From Takakia lepidozioides (taxonomy: Eukaryota > Plantae > Bryophyta), in assembly GCA_030704615.1 (NCBI GenBank), contig CM060731.1, forward strand, positions 46,624,001 to 46,688,000: a DNA stretch of 64,000 nucleotides. Reading direction: 5' to 3'. The translations under genes and the position numbers were made by a program. The notes beneath the pieces are model-generated. The model had not been told where the DNA came from. It did no database searches and saw only the letters and a program-made list of their open reading frames with translations. Below, piece after piece: positions 12,461-22,222 of this stretch. The first letter of the stretch is position 1. Each line of letters starts with the position of its first letter.

Positions 12461-13658
12461 TCTGGATCTAAGATTGCAATCCATATGAAGCCACATTTTT
12501 TCCCAAAAAAACAGTAGAGTTTCAAGTATGACATTGCACCTGTACACAACTCGCATCATGGCCCACTCTCCTCCAACCTGACTGTCAAAGTCGTTGGACC
12601 GTAAAATGTTACCATCTTTGGAGAACTCCCGGAAAAAACAGTATCTCCAGGTGAGACCTCTCCACTTCCTTATGTATGCCTCCAATGACATTTGGGGAGG
12701 GGAAACAATCGAAATGTTCAGGTCCTTCAAAGTCTGATCCAGCACAATGACGGCGCGCTTTTCGAGCTGCAAATAGTATATTTGTCAGAATTGCAAAAAG
12801 ATACTCATCACATACTTGAAGAGAAGAAAACAGCATGTTCGAATACACACCTGACTCCAAAATGTAGCCTTGTGGAGCCAGTTATCAAACACCAAATCAC
12901 TGATTCCTTCCACCTTTGTGCCAGGCTGTATGGTGCTCTTTGGGAACTGATTCAAGTCCTTTACTGTTTGATCTGAGTTCCATATCTCCAGCCACCTTAT
13001 TTTTGTTTGTGGGTCGACCATCGATATGGCCAGCCGGTGCAATTTCTCCTGCTGCATCTCCGGATGCACATGCTTGTCATAGTGTGTTTTGATCTGCTGA
13101 AGGAACTCAGGACCAAGTCCAGGATCTACTATTCTAAGCTGCTTTCCGAAGGCTGACATCAATTTGGTTCTTCGCATTTCAAACTCCTTCTTTATTGCAG
13201 CTTCCACACCCTTTGATGTCCTTAGTTCTTCTGGTGTAGTGCGGTAATATTCGGATTTTCCCTTCTCAGCTGCCTCTGCCAGTTCTTGCTGCATTCATTC
13301 AAGTAGTGATTAGCTCCGAAGGGACTACAAACATGTATTCGAAAAGTAAACAGAGTACAGACTCGGGCTTACCGCATACATGTACTCCAGAAACGCCTCT
13401 CGTGTCAAAGAATACCAAGTGCCTGCAGCTCTTCCTGTTTCGCACTTCTTGATGATATTGGGTGGTAGTACTGTCCGAAAATCATCCAGCTTCATCAGAC
13501 CAATCCTCTGAATTCGGAATAGTGTGTGAACCAAGCTTGTTGTCACATGCGATTTCTCTGTCGATCTGCAAAAACATTGGAAACATTGCATTCCTTAACA
13601 CTGTTTTTTGAGGATTAATAAGACACTACAGAGGGAATGAAATCTCCTGGATGACTTA

Positions 13659-14326
13659 CTTGTTCACGTCGTGCATAGCTGTAAGAAGCCTAGCGATGTC
13701 GTTTCCAGGATCCAAAACCATTGCCTCCACAGCAACATGCTTGTCTTTGTCTTTCGAATGGTGTTTCTGAATGTATCCCATCCATGCCAGCAATCGGTGG
13801 TTGCCGTCCCAGACGTAGAACATGTGGTTGCAGAATTGCTGGGTGTTCTTTCCCATCATGAGGCCCAGCTCGAACTCCTCATTGGCATCTTTCCAGCACT
13901 CATCCCAGTTATCACTGATCTCTGGAGACACTAATGTGCTTTTCCCATTTATATCCGTCAGTGACACATAAAAAACTTGTGCACCAAGTCTATATCCATG
14001 CACAAAATCACTCTCCAATTTTGTTATGTCATGGGAAAGAGGTGGACGCACAACAGGCATTGATATCATCCGGCACAGAGGTATGTCCAGACGCCCTCCA
14101 GATACGAGCATGTCCCTTATAACCTCCTGAGAGTTTACCTTCTGGAATGACATGAGTTCTTTCACCTTGTCAAGGTAGTGCACTTCGGATTCATCTGCTT
14201 CATCTGTATTCTCTGAGCTTTTTGCGGACTCGTCCCCATCTCCAGATCCTTTCCCCTCTGATCCTGTAGGCTTCGACCTCACAGTTTTCTGCACGATGCC
14301 ATTCAGTTCTGACTGAGTGATTTGCA
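13659..14326 (-). CDS. ParB/sulfiredoxin-like domain exon of the MULE cargo gene
   Basis: Open exon with VVRPPLSHDITKLESDFVHGY...VFYV...FYVWDGNHRLLAW, matching the ParB/Srx-fold [D/A]GxHRxxA box. Confidence 0.7.
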
Positions 14327-14330
14327 AATA

Positions 14331-14831
14331 GTGAATGGCGGTAACGACCATCACTCTGTCTCAAAGAAACTCACCATGAATGGTGTGAAAGAATTCAGCA
14401 CAATCTACACAAGCAAAGCTGAGACTGCCGTATTCAAAACAAAAGCGAGAGCGATAGCGAACGGCGTTAACGACAATCACAAAGATAACGACCTGCCGGA
14501 TCGGTGTTGTGTAATGACATACATGTGCAACTGATTGGCGGCAACGACATTCAGTGTAGTTTAGGGCGGATAGTAAGTGCAGACTCTCTCTTCAAACACA
14601 TAGGTACATAAATCTCATGAGGAGAATCGAATGGCGTTAACGACGCTCGCAATTCAGTAGTTCCTGCTAAAGAAGGGAAGAGGAAGGACTCCTTGAAAGG
14701 CAATCAGACAGACTGTATGATCTGAACACCAGTGAATGACTGTACCGATAGTCACCAACTCATTGTGCTGTAAACCCTTCGCAGAGGAGTAGAAAGCAAA
14801 TCACCTTTGTGATTGTCGGTAGCGACAATCC
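14331..14831. repeat. Intronic array of ~6 degenerate or hybrid 24-bp palindromes upstream of the ParB-like exon
   Basis: Copies at 14331, 14457, 14531, 14627, 14732 and ~14809, most retaining TGA-N4-CG-N4-CG-N4-TCA. Confidence 0.75.
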
Positions 14832-16052
14832 CTGTCTGGGACATTCCACTCAATCTCTACGCATATCTTCAACAATGAAATGTAAGTTAGATAAAACTTA
14901 CTGGCACCTTCTTAGGTTTTGAAATTTGATCCCCTTCTGCAGCTTTCCTCTTCCCTCTCACATCTGCTGGAATTTCTGTCTGCGCTAGGGTTTCTTGACC
15001 TTCTCCCGGTTCGGCGTTCCGCGTGCTTCCACCTTCTTCAGTGTCCCTGCGAATCATCTCTGCCTCCACAGGCTGGCGCACTCTTATCGCCGACTGTGTC
15101 ACAGCCGCTGCCTCAGTCTCCGTCTGCTCTTGTGAATCAGTCTCCGCGTTCACCTGCTGCCTTGGCCCTGTGTTCTCCAACAAACGACGCCTCGTCATTT
15201 TCTCTCTTGCTCTGCGTCTCTCTCTAAGGGAAGTAAAATAAAGAGACTTTCTTCTCTTTCGTATTCTAGAAGGAACCCTCTCCAGCTTGACTACCACTCT
15301 CCCTCTAAGCGCGAAAAGTAGAAAAACGCAGTGACTCCCGATTTCTTGCGGGATTGCCTGCGTTCTTGCGTGTCTCTAGAAGCATCGGATTCCCTCCCGC
15401 GTGACCGTTACACATAGTCGTTCCCTTATTAGTGCACATGCCAGCAATTGGTGTACAGCTGTTCGTATTCAGTTATGGATGTCTGACGTGTGTCGCCCAA
15501 AAAAAACGGCGTGTTCTTTATTAGAACGGTTTCAATATTTAAAAATAACAGCGAATCCAGAAATCTTGGCGCGCAGTCTTAGACAAATATATGTAAATGA
15601 ACGAGAGTTTGATGACAAATTTTGGGATATCATACACGGTCATCCTTGTTAGCCAACCCCACATTCGTTTCACATTTTGAACTTTCCAGGTGCGCATGAT
15701 CATTGGTAGTAGTATAAAGATACATTTACTTAATCTGCAATCCCATTCTCAGATCCTGTGGCATGCTTCCAGGAAGTCGGCTTTGTTATTGGGTTTATTG
15801 ATGAGGTTCTGGTTAACGGTTTTACAGCTGCCGACACTGCACCTAGGGATACTCTGACCACTGGGCCCACAAGAAAAGTAATTAAAATGGACGGCTGCAT
15901 ATCTGGAAAGAATAACATAATATGCACAGTCGTTATCTGAGCTTCCTCCGCCATATTCTCTGCTCATTCTTCAACTGTGTTCTGGAGACAGCAGTAAACC
16001 GATTTACACTAGATCTGCGATAGCAAGGTACAAACGTACGCGAGGAAGGAAG

Positions 16053-19000
16053 ATGGCTTCCTCTGAAGCGGAGTTCTTCTCTGACGACAAACCAGTGCCG
16101 TTCTCCCAGGAAGTCCTTGACAATGGATTTGCAATTGTTCTGGAACATGTCTTGGCTACCCGTTTTCAGCTGCAGAATGGCTCCATCTTTTTGGAGAAAG
16201 AGGTGTACGATCTTAAAGGGAAGTTGGTGAAATATTCTTTCCAAAACCGTGATGAGACGGCTCATATCAGCCAGTGGAGAGTGCGTCCTGGTCGATACAG
16301 AGTACTTGGAGAGCCTCGGCGAAAGTCCCTTGGGTCATATGTGACGCCCGGGACTGCTGCTTCGGTCGTTGAAGACAAGAGGGAGGTGGTGGTGAAAAAA
16401 GAACAGACGTCCTCCACTCCAATCGTTGAGCTTTCGGATTCTTCCGATGATGACATAAGTGAAATTCCAAATCCAGTCCTTCCTACTGTGGTTGGAGAAG
16501 CTGATGAAGAAGAGATTTGTAGTGTCATTCCAAAATTGCGGGCGATGGGAGGAATGGCTGGATTCAAAAGTGAGTTGCGGGGAATTGATTGGGAATCTTT
16601 GAAGCAGGTGCCTGTGAAGTTCTTGCCGGAGACTTTTGATGGCGATATCCTATTCGAGCTGCCTCCTCCTCCGCGAGTTGGAGGTGTAACAATCATGATG
16701 CATGGAATGGACAAGAAACACGACGGGCACCCGTGGTGCAGAACAAAAACATCCAATATTCAGAATGATGACAAGCTTGTTTTCAGGAGGACAGTTTGCA
16801 ATGGACACCTTAGGTGTGATAATTTGAATTGCAGACACTTTCTTCAGTCTGGGGTTCATAATCAAAGCGAATGGGAGGGTCTGGCGGAAAATCCATTTCA
16901 GCCTGGGACTGCCCCTCCACCGGCAAACACTTTCGTCTGCAAATTCTGCAAACTTGTGCCATCCTGTTTGGCGCTCTGCGGAGCAAGAATGTACTATGTT
17001 GTCCACCGTTTGAATACAATGACGAGAGCTTGTGTGCATTTTGGATTCCATAACCATCCTGTCTCGAAGGGGGATTACAGGGAGAGTGTTGAGACAGTAT
17101 CGAGGTTGATCAAACAGGAGTTCGGGAGAAACCCATCCGCAACAACATCTGCAATTGCTCTTGGCGCAAGCAAGTCCTTCTTGGAAAGCCATATTTTGAG
17201 TGAAGGAGATTCTGTGGGGACTAAACTTGACGGTGCAGCATTGGACCTGGTCATGGATCATTTCTCCACTTTAAGTTCACCTAACATTCGGCATCAGATC
17301 AATGCATTGAGAATGGGCTCTGGGATCAGAGCTACATAGACAATATTTTGGAATTGAAACGAGTGAGCAAGTACGATTACATCCAGGACAATGTATTCCC
17401 AGGTCAAGGTGCCATCAAAGTTTTTCTTTTCAAAATGTCGACTGTTGGGGAGGGCAGTGGGGTTAGCCTCATGAAGCGGATGCAGAAGACTGGGGACTTG
17501 CAGAACTGTTTTCTTATGTTTGATCATGTGAAACGAGTGAAGGATTGGACGACAATGGCTTGTCATGTCTAAGATCAGTGTACCAACGAGTTATGACAAT
17601 TGCAGTTTGTGACATGCAATCCGAGGATACGGAATCCCAGAAGCTCATGTGGAATTCCCTGATACGTGTCATGGGCTGCCATGGGCTGCCATCTCCAAAT
17701 TTTGCAGGTTTCATGGCGGATAGTGCTCAAGCAAATTTCAATGCTGTTCGTATTGTCTTCGGATCGGGCGACCCAAAAGTGCCTATGCCAGGAAGAGAGC
17801 GTACATGTCTATTCCATTGGACACAATCTCTAGAAAAACATACAAAGTCGGACATCAAACCAGAGATGCAGACTCAGCACCGTAAATTGTGCAAATAGTA
17901 CAAAGATGCTAGAACAATGAAGGAGGCGGACACTTTGTTCCAGACAATTCGTGCATGGTGGTTCTCTTCTGGAGCTGCATCACTTGAGAGTATGAGAGCA
18001 TTGGAAGATTGGCTGGCGTTTTGGCACTTCCGGTATAGACAGTAGGGAGCAGCCATGACAATGGTACGAGGCTTCTATTTCATGCTTTATTCATACATTT
18101 GCTTTCCATATTTTTGACTCATTGCTTTCTTTATGTTGTTTCCTGTGCACTGTTCTGAAGTGTGGTTATCCTCTTTGCAGAACATGTCCATTGAGGAAAT
18201 GGCGGACATGCCATCTTGCAATTTGGCAGAAACTGTGCACAACGCATGGTTGCAGCAGTCTGGGAAACGAGGTCGGGATTTGTATGTGGCAACAACAGAT
18301 GATTTGATACGTGCCTTGCAACAACAAACCCGATACCGTGATTTCTTACGAGGTGGGGTTGGTGGCAAGGGTCCGGACAAATGGGAGTTGATGTTGCGTG
18401 CTGCAAACAGATCTGGGGATCCAATCAAGATAGCACGGGCGGTGAGCATGTATGCCCAGGGAACGCCACTTGTTTCTAGAGTTCCACATCTTGAAGGGGA
18501 GGAGAGATTCGGCTCCTGTAAGAGGAAATTGAACACTCCACCTGGTTCGGATTCAGATTCCCACAGGGCAGACCGTGATAACTTCTCGAAGCCTCGTGTT
18601 CCCCTGCATGACAGCTCCATGTCCGGAACCTCCATTGTGGAGGAACCTCCAACACGACGGCAAGCTCCAGCATCAAACAGTGCCACTGAAATGGTGCAGG
18701 AGAGAAACAACCCCCTTGATGTGCTTGAGTCCGCATGCCCCGACCACGTTTGGCACATAGAACGCACAAGTGTAGGGTCTCGTGTGAAATGTACAGCGAT
18801 CAGGGCAACTAATTTCGAGAAGTGCACTTCATCTATATCCAGAGGTGGTGCCCGAACTCCTGCTCCGACTTTCACGGGCTTGATGCGTCCATACGGTCAA
18901 CCAGAAGCCAAGAACCACAAGTTCTGGTTCTGCGCAGATGATTGTGCCAGATGTGTGCATGGAACTGTGCGTCCTTCCGTAGTGATGAAGCCAACTCCTC

Positions 19001-19566
19001 CAACCGTTTGGCCCGTGAAGGTGGGAACACATCTCAGATTTCAGGAGATTGAAATGCTGGAGGAGGCAGGTTTTTCCCTTGCGAGACAACCCCAACTCCA
19101 TGCATGTGCTACTACTTTTGCGTCCTCCCGGGTCCCCCCGGCAAATCCTGACTTGTGGCCAACCAAACGAGATGGAAAGCTCGTTCGGCGTTTCCCTCCA
19201 ACCGCTGAACACTTTGACAAAGTGGAGTCCGCAAGAATGCTCCAAGCTCGTGTTGGAAGCACCACGGAAGTACCCGATCCAGGATATGGTCGGGTATTCA
19301 CAATCATCACTTCCACATCTGCTGTTCATGACAGGACCTACGACATCACGGTTTCCAATTTCCCCAATTGCACATGTCCTGATTTTGTGAATATGCTATC
19401 AACTAGTTTGGGCAAGAGAGGTAAATTCATACCCTGCAAACATTTGTATTTCATATTTTTGAGGAGGATGTTTTGCGATCCCAAACGTGACAACTTCATT
19501 CACCATGCCACTATGAGTTTCAACGAGGTCGATACTCTTTTGCAGCGGGATACAACACATAGGTAG
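16053..19566 (+). pseudogene. MULE transposase with N-terminal GCM-like Zn domain, DDE core and C-terminal SWIM finger (1 intron, 18064-18180)
   Basis: GCM-like HDGHPWCRTKTSNIQ...CNGHLRCDNLNC...GFHNHP. Catalytic MFDHVKR, FMADSAQA, CLFHW (CxxH) and CNLAETVHN. SWIM CTCPDF...CKHL. Frameshift at ~17335; stops at ~17570, 17896 and 18042. Confidence 0.85.
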
Positions 19567-20758
19567 CATGAACTATGTAATGTGGTATGTGGATGACCAT
19601 GATTTGAAATGTGTAATTCACATCAATTCGTCGGCTGTGCAATGATATGGCCTCCAACTATACGGAGTCAGCTCTGAGTGACAACTTTTAGGTAGTGCAC
19701 ATTTGTCATTGCACCGTTCGAAGTCTACATGTCTTGCTGTCGCTATGCACTACAATCATCTTTTGAAGATGATCCTAACTCTCATTGTTATTTGAGGAGG
19801 GAGGAAGGTCTTCCCGTGGCAGCCTTTATGGCGCACACTTTGTGAGGATATTTTGTCGTCCTCGTAATTGTAAAAGTGAAACAAGCATTTGTAATTGCAC
19901 AATGTTGGATGCTGCAATTGTAGGCCTCAATGCTCGTCTTGATTCTATTTAGGCAAGATTCCCTGCATTAATTCCACGGTCATAGGACCATCCACGGTTA
20001 TAGGCGGCGCATGTTAATGGTGACGTGGCAGATGATGGACAGTGCCATGTCATCATTTACCGCCACATCAGCATGCTGACATGACGCTCACGCCACGTCA
20101 GCGTGTGTGCAGGCTCACGCCACGTCAGCTGGCGTGAGCGTACGCTCGCGCGCTCACGCGCAACGCTCACGCCATTGCGTCGTTGAAAAATACATAGATT
20201 TGTGCTCTTAGAGTCTAACTTTTTTCTCAATTGCTTGGGGACAAGTGCATAAACTGTACATCCAAAAACTTTGATATGTTTAAGGTCACGACCCTCTCTC
20301 TTCCATGCTTCCAGTGGTGTTTTCCCACTCAATACTCGTGTGCAGGTTTTATGTGATATATAAACTGCAATAATGGCTGTTTCTCCCCAAAGTGTAGGGT
20401 TAACTCTCTCACATCAACACAACAATAAAGTGTAGGCCCATAACTTGTAAAATGCTTTACTCATGAGGGTTGCCTGCAAGGCTCTTAAAAATGAATGAAT
20501 GCCAACTGCAAACATAAGCCTTAGTATATGATGAGCATAAGGCGGGATCAACATGAGTGGGAATGTATCTTTCAAAAGGTACGTCAACACTACCTGACAT
20601 GTACAACATGAACGGCCAATAGTATGGTAGAACTAATTTTTTTGCTAAGTTGGCTCTCTCACTAATATATTCGCTGAACTACTATGTGATATATCTGTAA
20701 TTCCAACAATTTCATCCCTAAGAATAATTACAGCCTCCTGTTGAAAGAAGGTGAACAC

Positions 20759-21443
20759 CAGTGTTGGGCGGTTCTCTGGTTTTGGGTGAAAGAACCGCCG
20801 GTTCCAGACCTGGGTATATGCCCCCTTAACCTCGGGTATTAAAATTTCAAATACCCTAGTCAACCGGCAGATACCAAAATCTATTTACCCGTGAACTTCA
20901 CCGAACCGGGGGTTTCTCTAATAGCTAGTATCCATAAGAACCTGACCTACGAGTTGGAATGAGAGGGGAGGGTAAGGGTAACTGCACCCGACACATACCC
21001 TGGGTATAAGGGCGGTTATCTAAGGTTAGCGTGGAAGCCTTGAGGAAGAAGAAGGGTAGTGAAAATGCTAGAACTGAATGCCAACAGGCCAAGAGTGCAA
21101 TCTAGAGGAAGTTTAGTGTTAGTTGTGCTAGAATGAGCTCATACATGCACGTTTATTTATTTATTCTGTCCATAATAACTTTTGAACTCAGAACTGGATC
21201 ATCTCTCGGTTCTCTATACGGTTCTCTACCCATATACCCGAGCACCGGATTTGGCGGATAATTGCATTAAAGAACCGATATAAAACATACCCGTGAAAAT
21301 GTAACTCAGAGATATACCGTGCGCCGCAGGTTCTCTAACTGATCATGTTTTTAAGTACCCGGCCGGAGGTTCTCTATTTACCTTCCACAAGATAGAACCT
21401 ACCCTGCAGGTTCTACCCAAAACCAGAGAACCGCCCAACACTG
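20759..21443. mobile_element. Non-autonomous hAT-type element (685 bp)
   Basis: 29-bp perfect TIR CAGTGTTGGGCGGTTCTCTGGTTTTGGGT and 8-bp TSD GTGAACAC (20751-20758, 21444-21451). Empty site present at ~8602. Confidence 0.9.
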
Positions 21444-22222
21444 GTGAACACGTTGAACCTTAGATCACCTAGGTTATTCACAGGCAAGGCACTAGGAGAG
21501 ATCCCGGCTCCAGTGCACATATCGATCCCTACAAAGAGAATAGAAGTTGACAAGGTCAATTGTCTACAGCAATCCAGTTTTGCTGTGGTCAATGGGGCAG
21601 GGCCCGAGGTACCTAACTTACACCACCGAGTAGCTCAATCAAAAGTCGCTGTTCTCCACGTCAGCCTTGCTCCACCGTACAATCCCATTGCTGTAGCTGC
21701 ACTGACCAAACTGTTGACATTCCAACGTTTCATAAAGATAAGGTCAAGATCAAGTGCTAAAAACACACACAGACCCACAACTCACAGCTGTAACTGTTCA
21801 AGCTGGGAGAGACATATGCGGTGCAGACACTTCTGTCCGATCGTCGTGAGGGCGCTCAAGACTGTAGTTATTGATTATACTCTGCGGACGATAACCGGAA
21901 GAGAGCGATTGATTACCAAGGGAAAATGAAGCTGTAACGAGGTCTCCTGCATTCTGATAGTCTAGATCATTCATCTCGGACTCTAAAAATATCGTTTTGA
22001 AATTATCGCAACTCCCATCGCTTCACGAGCTGCGCTTGATTGGGTCTGCCACTGGCCGGCATCGACACAAACTTAATTATCGAGTGCTCAGGGTCGGTTG
22101 ATTCAATGTGCTACTGGTAATGGAGAATCAAGTTTAACTAATCGCTATGCTATTGAGGGTATGAGCGGCTCGTGCGCTCTTGGAGGGCCGAAGAGAGGTC
22201 AACTGGTGGTGCTCCACTGCAA

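Larger units (their letters stand above)
9450..15198 (-). pseudogene. Spliced cargo gene (~9 exons): low-complexity N-terminus, ParB/Srx-like domain, helical region, Lys-rich linker, beta-class amino-methyltransferase-like domain; frameshifted in this copy
   Basis: Exons are bounded by GT/AG and conserved across copies (ORFs 14887-15297, 13656-14354, 13325-13591, 12785-13294, 12425-12772, 10912-11721, 10395-10844, 9997-10367, 9761-10096). A 37-bp deletion at ~10745 and a 1-nt deletion at ~10227 relative to other copies break the frame. A single transcript is inferred. Confidence 0.7.
8733..20185 (+). mobile_element. Full-length 11.45-kb Mutator-superfamily (MULE) DNA transposon with ParB-like/methyltransferase-like cargo
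   Basis: 9-bp TSD AAAAATACA at 8724-8732 and 20186-20194; the empty site is visible in the adjacent duplicate at ~7970. Imperfect TIRs CAGGGATGCCTCGGCGTGAGC / CAACGACGCAATGGCGTGAGC (reverse complement). MULE-type transposase on +, spliced cargo gene on -. Confidence 0.92.

Noticed and set aside
9450-15198. Bacterial or phage contamination/prophage, given ParB and methylase
   Set aside because: The domains are split by GT-AG introns conserved between copies and lie inside a TSD-bounded MULE.
15401-15967. Possible third gene (e.g. Ulp1-like NDCAYYV) between cargo and transposase
   Set aside because: Only short ORFs, no complete motif set, and no second copy in the window to test conservation.
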